A stretch of DNA of 64,000 nt from Candidatus Dormiibacterota bacterium (GTDB lineage: Bacteria > Chloroflexota > Dormibacteria > Aeolococcales > Aeolococcaceae), in assembly GCA_963709585.1 (NCBI GenBank), contig CAVPXI010000014.1:96001-160000 (forward strand), written 5' to 3'. This document shows positions 52,132-62,895 of the stretch, piece after piece; within the stretch, counting starts at the first letter, position 1; each line of letters begins with the position of its first letter. The notes under the pieces are model-generated. The model did not search any database and had not been told where the DNA came from. It saw only the letters and a list, made by a program, of their open reading frames with translations. The position numbers and the translations under genes were made by a program.

Positions 52132-52497
52132 CTAGGGCCGGTGCCGGCCCTTCGAAACTGCCTGATGCATGCGCACCGAAAGGAGTTGCATCACGAGCGA
52201 CTTGGGAAGCGGCGTGTCGACGCGAAACTGCAGCGTTCCCTTCGTCGTCATGTACGAGGTTGCCTCATCGAGCTCCGCTGTGACCGACCCGCTATGCGGG
52301 AAATAGCTCAAGTGATTCTTGAACGCTGCGAAACCGGCGACCACCTGGCCCTGAACTTTGAAGGCCGGCATGCCGTATGACATGCTCTCTTCAGCCTCCG
52401 GAACGATCTCCAGGATGGTGTCACGTAGCGACCGGAGCGTCGACTGCTTCGGCTCATCCAATGCGGCCAAATACGCGTCGACCTCTGCTCTGGACAT
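52132..52497 (-). CDS. DUF1801 / YdhG-like protein
   Basis: VDAYL, LRSLRDTI, PEAEESMSYGMPAF, FAAFKNHLSYFP, KGTLQF. Confidence 0.85.
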   Translation of the reverse strand: MSRAEVDAYLAALDEPKQSTLRSLRDTILEIVPEAEESMSYGMPAFKVQGQVVAGFAAFKNHLSYFPHSGSVTAELDEATSYMTTKGTLQFRVDTPLPKSLVMQLLSVRMHQAVSKGRHRP

Positions 52498-52603
52498 GGA
52501 GAAAGTCTCGTGCAGTCATGCCCGACCGGTCAAGAGATGGGTAACCCAGCTCAGCGCTCGAGCCGACGCCGGGGGGCCTCCGTATTTGTCAGAATCCGCC
52601 GCC

Positions 52604-53272
52604 GTGGCCAAGGCAGGTTCGCACATCGAAGTCGTCGTCGAGGTGGCCCCCAAGCGCTCGTTCGCGTCGGCAGTCGACTGGCCTGGTTGGTGCCGGAGTG
52701 GGCGAACGCCGGACTCGGCGGTTGAGGCGCTCGCGGCATACGCGACTCGATATGAAGCGGTCGCGGCCACCGCAGGAATGCGCTTGCCGACCGTCGCCGG
52801 CGTCGGGTCGCTGATCGTGGTCGAGGAGATCGAGGGCGACGCCACCACCGAGTTCGGGGCGCCAAGCAAAGCCGCGTCGGTCGAGGTGCGCCCAGCCACT
52901 GCCCGGGAAGCCAATCGCGTCGCCGCTCTTCTCGAGGCTGCCTGGACGGTGCTCGACGAGGTCGTGGCGTCCGCGCCGGCCGACCTTCGCAAGGGGCCGC
53001 GCGGTGGGGGTCGCGATCGCGACGCGATGTACGAACACGTTCTCAGCGCGGAGCAGGCCTACGCGGGGAAGGTTGGGGTGCGCGTGCGGACGCCGTCAAG
53101 AGACGACACCGCTGCGATCGCTGCGATGCGTGAGGCGCTCGTGGCGGTAATCCGTGCGGATCGAACCGGCAAACCCGCCCGCGAGGGTGGATGGGCGCCG
53201 CGCTACTGTGCCCGCCGTGTCGCCTGGCACGCGCTCGACCACGCGTGGGAGATTCAAGACCGCAGCAGCTGA
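52604..53272 (+). CDS. Conserved hypothetical protein with a DinB-like C-terminus
   Basis: FASAVDWPGWCRSG, GDATTEFGAP, KGPRGGGRDRD, HVLSAE, RRVAWHALDHAWEIQD. Confidence 0.75.
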   Translation: MAKAGSHIEVVVEVAPKRSFASAVDWPGWCRSGRTPDSAVEALAAYATRYEAVAATAGMRLPTVAGVGSLIVVEEIEGDATTEFGAPSKAASVEVRPATAREANRVAALLEAAWTVLDEVVASAPADLRKGPRGGGRDRDAMYEHVLSAEQAYAGKVGVRVRTPSRDDTAAIAAMREALVAVIRADRTGKPAREGGWAPRYCARRVAWHALDHAWEIQDRSS

Positions 53273-53511
53273 CGGCGGTCCAAGGGCATCCTCGCCACAG
53301 GTCGAGGCGATGAGCGTGCCAGGCGTTGAGCCGCGCCCAGGGGATCCCCTGGCCTGATAGTGACCCTGGTATATCTTCACCTTCGTCCCGATGAGAGATC
53401 TGTGGACATGACCGGTACATTTAGCTACAGTCGGTGGGTTAGGGTGCCAGCCTGGCACACCGGCCGGCTCCGGGCGCAACAGGTCAGGTTCACCCAGGAG
53501 GACGCGAATCC

Positions 53512-54540
53512 ATGCATAGCTCGCGTGGCCACACCACTCGGTTGCTGCTGGGCATCGCGATGTCGGGGGCCGCATTGATGACCCCGCTGATCGCGATGGC
53601 GACCGTCACGCCCAACCTCTCCCCGAATGTCGGGTCAGCCCACATCCTCTGGACCAAGGACCACTACACATCGGACGCACAAACCGATCCCAATCAGCTC
53701 CTGTATCACGGGGGCACCGTCGAGACCAAGCCGGCCGTGTACCTGGTCTTCTGGGGCCCGGAATGGGCCAACGGATTCTCGGTCGCGGCGGGCTCATACA
53801 CCTACACGAACCGGACGGCGGAAACCTACCTACGCGATTTCTTCGGCTCCGTCGGCGGGAGTCCGTGGGCAGGGGTGCAGACACAGTATTGCCAGGGCGC
53901 GGCGATCGGTTCGGTCAATTGCAACGGAGCTCTCGGCGCGCAGTTCGTCCAGAACCCATCCAGCATGTTGAAGGGCACCTGGGTCGACCCGAGCGCAGTT
54001 CCGTCGCCGATCGTGACCACAGCGCTCGTGGAGAACACCACCAATGATCCGGTTGCGACCGAAGCGCTCAAGGCGGCGCAGCACTTCGGTTACAGCGTCA
54101 ACGCCACGTACGTCATCCTGGCGCAGCCGGGCACGGTGGCAACCGCCTACGGCACGGTCTATTGCGCGTATCACAGTGAGACCGGCCATGCGCTCGGCGC
54201 CCGTGGTGTTCGCTACGCGTTCGTGCCATACGTTCCGGAGCAGGGCTCGGGCTGCGGTGTCGATTCGGTGAATCAGAACGACGCCTTTGGCCACGGCTAT
54301 TACGACAGCTACAGCATCGTCGCGGGGCACGAGTTCGCCGAGGCGGTGACCGATCCCGACAACTACAACGGGACCCAGGACGGGTGGAACGATGTCCAGA
54401 CCAATGAGAACGGCGACAAGTGCGCCTGGACGGGACTCCAGAACATCACGTTGCGTGGTCAGACGTATGCGGTTCAGCCGCTCTGGAGCAACGCGGCGGC
54501 AGGCGGCCAGGGTGGCTGTGCCGTGAGCCTCGGGAGCTGA
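53512..54540 (+). CDS. Secreted Phi-1/EXORDIUM-like domain protein
   Basis: RBS AGGAGG; signal peptide; LLYHGG, VYLVFWG, YCAYH, HEFAEAVTDP, ENGDKC, VQPLWSN. Confidence 0.7.
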   Translation: MHSSRGHTTRLLLGIAMSGAALMTPLIAMATVTPNLSPNVGSAHILWTKDHYTSDAQTDPNQLLYHGGTVETKPAVYLVFWGPEWANGFSVAAGSYTYTNRTAETYLRDFFGSVGGSPWAGVQTQYCQGAAIGSVNCNGALGAQFVQNPSSMLKGTWVDPSAVPSPIVTTALVENTTNDPVATEALKAAQHFGYSVNATYVILAQPGTVATAYGTVYCAYHSETGHALGARGVRYAFVPYVPEQGSGCGVDSVNQNDAFGHGYYDSYSIVAGHEFAEAVTDPDNYNGTQDGWNDVQTNENGDKCAWTGLQNITLRGQTYAVQPLWSNAAAGGQGGCAVSLGS

Positions 54541-54564
54541 CGCTGCGCAGGTGAGTCAGCGCGG

Positions 54565-54605
54565 AGCGCAGGTGGGCTCGTCGCCGACGGCGGCCCGCCT
54601 GCGCT
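54565..54605. terminator. Hairpin between convergent genes (possible bidirectional terminator)
   Basis: AGCGCAGGTGGGC...GCCCGCCTGCGCT followed by TT. Confidence 0.55.
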
Positions 54606-54650
54606 TTGCGTCGTTATCCTCAGTCGCCGGAGCGAGTTGCCGAGCAGCGA

Positions 54651-57600
54651 CTACGGGGCCGCTCTGACGAGCGGGGTGCTCGGCGCGAGCCGAGTTGATG
54701 CATGAGTTCCGAGCAGCCGTTCAACTCTGTCCAGCCATGGGCGCGCTCCGAGTTGCTCGAACAGCGAACGGGAACTCGAGTTCCAACCCCATGTGCTTCC
54801 TCGGGGCGACCACGTTCAGCGAGCCACTCAGCGAGTTCGACCAAAGTCACACCGAGCTCGAAGGGGACTTGGATTTCGCGAAATCCCTCTATGGCCGCAA
54901 CGAATCCTGCCTCGACCGAGTCGTGGTTACCCCGTATCGCACTGAGGCGCGCCCCGAAACGTGCGGCCTGCGCGCGGAGCAAGGGAGTGACCACCCCGGG
55001 TCTCGCCTGGCGTATCAGGTCGAGCATCCGGTCAGCGGATTCGAGATCCCCCAGTTCGAGAGCGGCCTCGAGTTCCTGGGCGAAGGCACGTTTGATGGGT
55101 GACCTCAGCAATCCCAGAACGGGAACCAGCTGAAGGATCTCCGTCGCCACGGCGAGCGCTTCGGCGTGCCTGCCTTCACCCCTATAGAGCTCTGCCTCGG
55201 CACACCCGATACTGGCCCGGTAGTCGACGCCCAGCCCGTCGGCGCTGGCGCCGGTCATCGCCAGGAGCTGGCGGGCAGTCTCGATCTCCCCCCGACGCAG
55301 GTAGATTGGGACCAGCTCGACGAGGCCGGCAACCACCGACTGCATCGCGTTCAGCTCCTCAGCAGCCTCCGCCTGCGCGGCGGTCGAGATGGCTTCATCC
55401 CATTTACCCAGCGCGGCGAGCGAACTCAGGACCCCGACGAGCGCTGCAAGCTCGCGTGCACGGTCGCCTTTCTGCCGCGCCATCGCGAGCATGGGCGCCA
55501 TCGAGTCCACGACTTCGAGGAATCGGTCCTGAGATTCGAGAACGACACCCAGGTTGGTCCAAGCGCGAAACGCGGCGGTTGTGAATTCACCGTCCATCGC
55601 GACCTCGAGCGCGCGACGCAGCAACGTTGCAGCTTCATCGAGACGCCCCCTGCGGAGGACCCAGATCGCCCGGCTGCTCAGAGCCTGCGAGTAGACCTCG
55701 TGAAGCTGCAACTGCGCCGACAGCAGCAATGCTTCCTCGAGCACTGGCGCCGCTTCCTGGTCGCTCGCAAGCGCAAGGAACCTGCCGAACTGACCCGTCA
55801 CGAAGGCAAACGCCGCGTCCGGTTCATCGCCGGCAAGAACGCGATGCGCGCGGCGCAGTCGGTCGATCGCCTGGTCGAGGTGGCCCTGCTGATATGCGAT
55901 CTCAGCCAATCTTGCATCGATCCGAGCTGCCGGATGAGACTGCCCCCCTTCTTCAAAGAGCCGCTTCGCCTCTTCGTAGAGTGCTGCCGCCTGTTCCAGC
56001 CGCCCGAGCTGCAATACGGTATCGCCGCCACGCTCGAGCAGTTCTGCCTGCCGGGTTGTGACACCGACGAGTTGCGCTGCTTTCTGGAAGTACCGCGCAG
56101 CTTCCGCGTTGGCGGCGAGCGAAGCGGCACGCTCCCCCGCCTGAGCGAGCACCTCCGCGGCAAGATTCTTCACACGCTCGGCGTCGGGGTCTTGGGGAGC
56201 GAGGTTGTACGCCTCGAGGTAGTTGGCTGCGACCACCTCGACGACATCGGACTCCTCGCCGCCCCAGGAGCTCTCGAACCACGCGGCGACCGCGAGGTGC
56301 TTCTCCCTGCGGTCGCGTTTCGAGAGCGTCTCGTAGGCGACTCGCTTGACAAGGTCCTGCAGGAAACCGTACTGGCCGCGCTCTGGAGAGCGCGGATCGG
56401 ACTGCAGCGACAGCACCTCCTTGCGCACCAGCTCGGCAAGCAATGGCTCGAGTTGCTCGACGGGCACCGCGGCGATCGCTGCCAGGGAGTCCTGCGTGAA
56501 GGTCTTACCGAGGACTGCAGCGTCCTGCAGGACGCGCCTCGCCTCCGGCCGGAGCCCGTCCAGGCGGGCGGCGATCAGGCCGTGCAGACTCTGCGGCACC
56601 TCCAGATCCTCGACGGGTCCGGTCAGGCGGTACACACTGCCGGCGCGCTCGAGCAGACCGCGATCAAGGAGCATGCGCACGGTCTCGACTGCGTACAGCG
56701 GCACGCCCTCAGCACGCTCCAGGATCTGTTCACGCAGCTCATCCGGCAGGCCGGGCACGAGCCCATCGAGAAGGTGCTCCATTGCGGCAGACGCAAGCGG
56801 CTCAAGGAAGATCGACGTGAAATTGCGCTTACCGGCTCCCCATGTGGGATGACGATCGACCAGCTCCGGGCGGGCCAGCGTCACGACGTACAGGGCGTGA
56901 TTCCGCGACCATTCAAGGAGATACTCGATGAACTCGAGCAGCGACGTGTCCGCCCACTGCATGTCCTCGAAGAGCAGCACGGTCGGATGTGCATCGGCGA
57001 GCCGCTCAAAGAACACGCGCCATGCACTGAAGAGATCCTGCCGCTCCTGGGTCGCGTGCCCCTCGAGCGCCAGCAATTGAGCCAACCGTGGCTCCACCCA
57101 ACGGCGCTCGTCAGCGTCCGGTAGGTACTCCTCGAGGCAGACACGAAGCTTCTCTCGGGCCGAGGCGGGGTCCTCCGCCTCGGTGATCCCGGCCCGCATC
57201 CGCACCATCTCCGCGAGCGCCCAGTAGGTGACCCCTTCGCCGTAGGCGAGACAGCGACCTCGGTGCGTGTAGACGAGTCCGGCGATGCCGTCGAGGTACT
57301 TGAAGAACTCCCAGCCGAGGCGTGACTTTCCGATCCCGGCAATCCCGACCACCGAGACGAGATGCGCTTTGTGCTCCTCGGCGCTTGCATGGAACTGATC
57401 CTTGAGGAGGCGCAACTCACGATCTCGGCCGACAAACGGGGCCTCCAGCCCCTCCGACTTCAGCGCGCCCCCGACAAAGGCAACAACGCGCAATGCCTGC
57501 CACACCCGCACGGGCTCCGCTTTGCCCTTGAGAGCGCGGTCGCCGATGTCCTCGTAGACGATGGCCGCTTCGGTGGCTCGCCGCGTGGCGTCACCGACCA

Positions 57601-58258
57601 GGACAGTCCCCGGCAGCGCTTCCGCCTGGATCCGGGAAGCGGTGTTGACGAGATCGCCGGCAACCATGCCCTGTCCAACCGCACTGAGTGTCACCGCCGC
57701 CTCCCCGGTCAGTACGCCCGCGCGCGCTCGCAGCTGCGGTACCCCGGTTTCGGACCCGAGAGTTGCCACCGCGTCCACCAGGTCGAGCGCCGCGCGCACC
57801 GCACGCTCGGCGTCATCTTCGTGAGCGACGGGAGCACCCCACACCGCCATCACGGCATCGCCGATGAACTTCTCGACCACGCCTCCGTAGCGGGTTATCA
57901 GCGCCTTGCATGTCTCGAAGTAGGTCGTGAGCAGCTCGCGTACCTCCTCGGCATCCTGTTTCTCCGAGAGCGAGGTGAACCCCACCAGGTCCGCAAAGAG
58001 GACCGAGACCAGCCGCCGCTCTGCCGCAGCGGTCGGATCCGAGGCGACGTCCCGCGCAGGCGCCGCAGCAACGACGGCTGCCTTCGCCCCTGCCTGGAGC
58101 GACGCGCCGCAGTTGAGGCAGAAGGCGTAGTCGGGCTCGGCGGCCGCACCGCAGGCGGGGCAGGCGCGGCTCAAACGCAGTCCGCAAAGCGGGCAAAACC
58201 TTGCGGCGGGCGGAATGCTAGCGCTGCATCCGGGGCAGATCATCGGCGCTTGATCCAT
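54651..58258 (-). CDS. Double zinc ribbon + class III adenylate/guanylate cyclase + AAA (STAND) ATPase + TPR protein (two insertions near 54772-54783)
   Basis: Four CxxC motifs; LFADLVGFT, KFIGDAVMAVWG, GDLVNTASR, LKGK; FVGRDREL, GIAGIGKSRL, FEDMQWAD; TPR-like helices. The corrected end reads LESRSLFEQLGARPWLDR...stop at 54651. Confidence 0.92.
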
Positions 58259-58399
58259 ACTCGCAGCGCTACTCTACCGCGCTGCTTGGGACCCATCACC
58301 GGAGCGCGGGCAGATCACGGATGCAGGGACGAAGTGCCGTTGCAGGGCGTGCTATCGCGCCGTACGTCCTCTCAGTCGCGCCGCCGTATTTGTCCTCCG

Positions 58400-58807
58400 T
58401 CAGCGGGGAAAGAGCTCGTCCTGCTGGTAGGGGTTCCAGGCAAAGAACCACGATTCGGTCACCCTGCCGTCCTTCATATGCACGACGTGCGAGCCCAAAT
58501 CCTCGTACTTGACGCCGCCGACCTCCAGGGCGGAGGTGACCAGCGCAATGGCGTGGTCGTCGTTGGCGACGATGTCGTGGATGTCCAGGTGGAACGTACC
58601 GCTTGACGCCTGGACAAGCTCCAAGAAGAACCCGAGCGTTTCGTCGATGCCATGCGCGTCGCGACTGAACCTGCTGCGGCCGCCGTTGTGCCAGACGATG
58701 TGTTCGTCGAACAGCCCCCGGATCGTGTCCATATCTCCCGAGTTGAAGGCGTCATAGCCGCGCCGAAAAAGGGTCGCGTTCGGGTGTTCCGCTGTGACCT
58801 GTGCCAT
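58400..58807 (-). CDS. SnoaL-like / NTF2 family protein
   Basis: YDAFNSGD, IVWH, HDIVANDDH, DGRVTESW. Confidence 0.85.
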   Translation of the reverse strand: MAQVTAEHPNATLFRRGYDAFNSGDMDTIRGLFDEHIVWHNGGRSRFSRDAHGIDETLGFFLELVQASSGTFHLDIHDIVANDDHAIALVTSALEVGGVKYEDLGSHVVHMKDGRVTESWFFAWNPYQQDELFPR

Positions 58808-58928
58808 CGATTTCGCCTCCGCGTCGTACTTCCGACCAAGACGGGTCACCTTGGCACGTTCGATCCTGCCTCGTCAATCGCCGCAGCGCATGCTCCGCAA
58901 CCGTCGGGATTCTTGGCGCCGCAGCCCG

Positions 58929-59279
58929 CTACAGGGTCAGAATCGGGTGCACCTCAACGCTGCCGACATGCGCCGCCGGATTCTTCGCCGCCCACGCGAT
59001 CGCGGCAGCGCGATCCTTGCAGTCCAATACGAAGTAGCCGTTGAGCCACGGTACGGCCGGGCTCATCGGCCCGTCCGTGGTCGTCGCCTCGCCGTCGCGG
59101 ACGTTGACTGTGAACGCTGCTGAGGAGGGCTGGCACGGATCGCCGTCAAGGAAGGCCCCTGCCGCCTTGAGCTCCTCGAGGTATGTCGCGAAGGCTTCGA
59201 TCACGGCGTTCAGCTCGGGCGTCCCGGGTCGCGGTGCCACCAACTCGTCGACGTACTGCAGGAAGATGTACTTGGGCAT
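58929..59279 (-). CDS. YciI/DGPF-family protein
   Basis: LKAAG, TTDGPM, GYFVLDC, AIAWA, GSVEVHP. Confidence 0.85.
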   Translation of the reverse strand: MPKYIFLQYVDELVAPRPGTPELNAVIEAFATYLEELKAAGAFLDGDPCQPSSAAFTVNVRDGEATTTDGPMSPAVPWLNGYFVLDCKDRAAAIAWAAKNPAAHVGSVEVHPILTL

Positions 59280-59374
59280 GTCGCGTGCTCCTGGTAAGAG
59301 TTTGTTCAACACTTAGACGACGAGTGAGCCGCGGCAATTTCGACAAGGGTGCGCGGAGGAAGCGGCGAGACCCG

Positions 59375-59848
59375 TCAGCCTCCGCTCCAAAGTCGTTGGG
59401 TCGCGAAGTAGTGATGCGCGAGTTGGACGACCTGCTGGCCAGTGAGGTCATCGATGTCCGCTCGAACATCGGCGATGACCTTCGCAGCCACGTCCTTGCG
59501 ATGCTGCTCCGCATAAGCGACCCATTGGTGAGACGCATTTGCCTTCCCATTCCCGTGGCCCAGCAATAGGATCGCCCGGGCTGGAGCGAGCGCCTCGCTG
59601 ATCTCCCGCCAGTAGTCGGGATTCCCGGCCTCGTACGTCCCCTTGGGATTCCCGGCCTTGTGGGCAATCTCGTGGGCATGACCCTGTACGTCCACGTCCT
59701 CGACCCGCTCGGGGGACTCCGCGCCGGCTCCGCCGAGCACGTAGATCAGCGTCCGGTGGAAGTCGATGGTCGCAACGACATTCGCGTCGCGGATCAACTC
59801 CACGTTGACGGTGTGTCGGGTTGTCGAATCGGGCGTCTGATCTGCCAC
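59375..59848 (-). CDS. Hypothetical protein resembling bacterial eRF1-like / host-attachment fold proteins
   Basis: RBS AGGAGG; IDFH, AHKAG, YWREISEAL, ILLLGHGNGK, DLTGQQVVQLAHHYF pattern. Confidence 0.55.
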   Translation of the reverse strand: MADQTPDSTTRHTVNVELIRDANVVATIDFHRTLIYVLGGAGAESPERVEDVDVQGHAHEIAHKAGNPKGTYEAGNPDYWREISEALAPARAILLLGHGNGKANASHQWVAYAEQHRKDVAAKVIADVRADIDDLTGQQVVQLAHHYFATQRLWSGG

Positions 59849-60157
59849 GGTTAGGTTGCCTCCTTGTTGTCCAGGGCGTGGCGTTCGACCGCCGTACTGT
59901 CGACGCCGTGCCGTACGCCGGTGCCGGTGCCGGCGCCCTCGCCGCCCGGCACGAGCCGAAGATTACGCGCGAACGGGCGTCTTCCCTCACGGGCGGCCGA
60001 GGCGCCTGCTCAGTTGCTTTTGGCGGCGCCGACGTTGGTCGACGACTACAGTGGGCTGGTGCGACAGACCACTGGCTTTGCCTTGCCCCGGCGGTGCCCT
60101 GAGCGGGCTCCCCGCCAGGATCGACGCTGGTGTGCCCCGAACGTGAGGATTAGCGGG

Positions 60158-60808
60158 TCAGGCTGAGACCGCAACGGCAGCGTCACGGTCATCGAGGAAT
60201 GCCCACCACGCGTCGGCGGCGGACCGAGCGGCACCCACCACCCGGCCCTCCGGTGCTCCGAGCTCGGCAACGGCCTCGATCCCCCAGCGGGCATGGTCCT
60301 GGTCCATGGTCGCGTGGATGTCCCAGAACCGGGTCCCTGCCGCGCTGATCTCGTAATGTCGTCGCAGGCCTTCTGCCTTCGTCGCCGCGATCGCCGGCGC
60401 TTGCATCTCGTAGGCCACGAGCGCAGCGAGCCCCTCAGCCGGACTCAACTCGATAAGGTCCCGGTATGTCGTCAACAACCGGCTCGTTGCGTCGCTCGGG
60501 AGCGCATCGCATGCTCCCACGGCATTCGCAAAATCCGCAAAAACCGCTACGTGTGGCTCAGGGTTGGACTCCTCGTCAGTGAGGTTCTGCTGGACCAACT
60601 CCGCGGCTCGACCGGGGTCGAGGCGGGCGAGCAGCGCGCGCAGGATGCCGGGGAGCGATGCCTCGAAGTAGCGATACTGCGCCGCGTACGCGCCAAGCTC
60701 GCCGGGCTGAAGAGAGCCCGCCTCCCAGCGCCGGTAGAAGGGATGGTCGAGGAGTTGGCGCTCGGCCAGCGCGGCCGACAGCCTGGCCTGGAGTTGATCG
60801 GGAGTCAT
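60158..60808 (-). CDS. Heme-oxygenase-like diiron protein (TenA/PqqC/CADD family)
   Basis: LLDHPFYRRWEAG, YAAQY, NLTDEE...H, YEMQ, KAEGL, HATMDQDH, WWAFLD. Confidence 0.85.
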   Translation of the reverse strand: MTPDQLQARLSAALAERQLLDHPFYRRWEAGSLQPGELGAYAAQYRYFEASLPGILRALLARLDPGRAAELVQQNLTDEESNPEPHVAVFADFANAVGACDALPSDATSRLLTTYRDLIELSPAEGLAALVAYEMQAPAIAATKAEGLRRHYEISAAGTRFWDIHATMDQDHARWGIEAVAELGAPEGRVVGAARSAADAWWAFLDDRDAAVAVSA

Positions 60809-60984
60809 GACAGCCCTCTGCTTCCGTCGCTTGATACGCGCACAGAATACGCCGTGCTCAAGCGAGCGCTGCGCTTGTGTCACCCACGAGCGGCGAGACC
60901 GGGCGCGCCCATCAGGCCGATGGCTGCCACCTCGAGCCCTGCGAACCCCTCGAGCCATATAAGGCGGGTCGTCCGTTCACACCG

Positions 60985-62292
60985 TCAGCAATTGACGCAG
61001 ACCCCGTTGTTCACGAATACGCCCAGATCAATGAAGCTGCCGTTGTTGACGAGAGTTCCGTCGTTCGTGAGGCTCCCGTCGTTGGTGAGGGTTCCACCGT
61101 TGACGAGTGAACCACCCTGTTGAATCGTCGTGATCCCACTAGGGCCGATGGTGAGCGACCCATCATTCGTGGTGGTGCCGTTGAGGGTCAGGGCCCCACC
61201 TGCCATCAGCGACCCGCCAGAACCTAGGTTCAATGTGGCCCCCGGAAACATCGTCAGGGCCCCCGGGTTGGCGGGGTTGCCGTTGAGGGTCAGAACGCCG
61301 CCGTTGACATTGACGGAGCCGGTTGGACCCAGAGTGAGAACTCCACCGCCGGAGATGGTGAGCGCTCCGGGGTTGGCGGGGTCGCCGTTGAGTGTCAGGA
61401 CACCGCCGTTGACATTGAGGGAACCGGTTGCGTCGACGAGGAGGGTCGTTGCTGCGGGGATGCTCAAGTCCTTCGGTGCGGTTGCCCCACCGGACACTTC
61501 GCAGGTCCCCGTGCTCTGCTGCCAGACCCCGCCAATCTGGATACAAACGACACTGTTGAGGTTGGGGGACGTAGCCAGGCCAGGGTAGGTGAGAACCGAC
61601 ACCCCGGGCGTGATGGGGTTCCCCACGACGATGGGGTGGTCCGGATTTCCGTTTTCAAAGAGGATCACGACCTCTTGCCCAACATGGGTTACGCCATAGA
61701 GGCCGGCCAGGGGCTGACCGCCGCTGCGGCCGGGGTCGACCAGCAGGTAACCGCCGGGGTTTTGCACTGCCGGCAGCACAACCCGCCCTCCTTTGTCGAG
61801 TCCAAAGGAGCCAGGAGCGACCGCAATGTTGCCTATCGCGGCCTGCAGTGCGGACAAAGCGACGTCACCGCTAGGGCAGGACGAGAACCCGGTCGTGGGA
61901 CCCGGTAGGCTGGCGCCAAGCGAAAGGAGCTCGGTATCGAACAGCGCGGTGCCCTGGGAGCAGTCAGCGGCGGTGAGCGGCAACCCGATGGCGATGCCCT
62001 GAGGCGAACTCGATGCCCCGGGGTCTCCGAACAAGTCGATACCCGGCGCGCACCCCTCTGGTCCAGGGCTTTTGAGAACGAAATATGGGGATTGAGTTGG
62101 CCCTGGCTGAACTGTCACATAGGTGCCGGCAGGACAATGACTTGGTCCTGGATCCTTGAGAACGACCTGGAACGGTCCGGCCAAAGCTGCCTGGGCGACC
62201 ATGGGGGTGGCTACCGCCGCAAACGCCGCGGACAGCGCCAAGCACGCCGCCCATAACACGGCAGGTCGCACCACATTTCGAAACATCGCCAA
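60985..62292 (-). CDS. Secreted hypothetical protein with a Gp5/VgrG OB-fold-like motif and C-terminal Gly/Asn/Thr beta-helix repeats
   Basis: RBS AAGGAGG; signal peptide ending AQA; VGQEVVILFENGNPDHPIVVG; a 35-aa direct repeat and NxGxLx hexads. Confidence 0.65.
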   Translation of the reverse strand: MAMFRNVVRPAVLWAACLALSAAFAAVATPMVAQAALAGPFQVVLKDPGPSHCPAGTYVTVQPGPTQSPYFVLKSPGPEGCAPGIDLFGDPGASSSPQGIAIGLPLTAADCSQGTALFDTELLSLGASLPGPTTGFSSCPSGDVALSALQAAIGNIAVAPGSFGLDKGGRVVLPAVQNPGGYLLVDPGRSGGQPLAGLYGVTHVGQEVVILFENGNPDHPIVVGNPITPGVSVLTYPGLATSPNLNSVVCIQIGGVWQQSTGTCEVSGGATAPKDLSIPAATTLLVDATGSLNVNGGVLTLNGDPANPGALTISGGGVLTLGPTGSVNVNGGVLTLNGNPANPGALTMFPGATLNLGSGGSLMAGGALTLNGTTTNDGSLTIGPSGITTIQQGGSLVNGGTLTNDGSLTNDGTLVNNGSFIDLGVFVNNGVCVNC

Positions 62293-62837
62293 TGCCCTCC
62301 TTCAAACGCAGCCTCTTTGGTCAGGAGACGGCTGCCAACCTGTACTCGGCGCTGCTTCAGACCCTCGTTCGAGGGCCATCAAACACCGCACAGTTCAGTA
62401 CCCCCGAATTACGACCCTCAGTCGCGCCTTGGTTCACGAGAACAGATCGTATGAGCGTGCCTTAGCGTTGCCTTAAGGAATGGTGAGGGCGCCGAACGCG
62501 AGGTTGTCGCAAGGCGCCCGCGGTCTTAGGTTGCTCGGCAATAACCTCGTTCCTCACGAACTTCCGGACGCGACACCGTCTGACATATAAGAGGAGAGAC
62601 CGCGCAGACGGGGTAGGCCAATCGCCTAGACGGCGAGGGTCCGAGCACGGGCGTCAGGCGGGTTGGGGCTCCCCTACCAGCCGGTCGCGGGCTTTCGCGA
62701 TGACCGCCTTGTAATCGGGGTTGGAAGGGCTCAACGAGAGCGCTCTCCAGGAGCGCGAGGAGGTCGCGGAGAACGACCCGGGCAGCTGGGTCTTCTGCAC
62801 CAAAGGGACGCGATATCCCTTATGGTATAAAGGAAAC

Positions 62838-62895
62838 CGGAGCGAGAGGGATTCGAACCCTCGATGCCGGTTTACCCGGCATACCGCATTTCCAG
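62838..62895 (-). pseudogene. 3' half of tRNA-Ser(GGA), probable att-site remnant
   Basis: Minus strand CTGGAAA TGCGG TATGCCGGGTAAACCGGCATC GAGGGTTCGAATCCCTC TCGCTCCG gives anticodon loop, long variable arm, T-arm and acceptor 3' strand. The upstream sequence cannot form a proper acceptor, D or anticodon 5' strand. Confidence 0.75.

Noticed and set aside
55166-57124. 652-aa plus-strand ORF (likewise 16100..17518, 39106..40626, 40389..41672, 49403..50743)
   Set aside because: Shadow or alternative-frame ORFs overlapping well-supported genes.
60985-62292. Type VI secretion or prophage tail locus
   Set aside because: Only a short Gp5-like motif; no Hcp, sheath, baseplate or phage genes nearby, and the protein has a Sec signal peptide.
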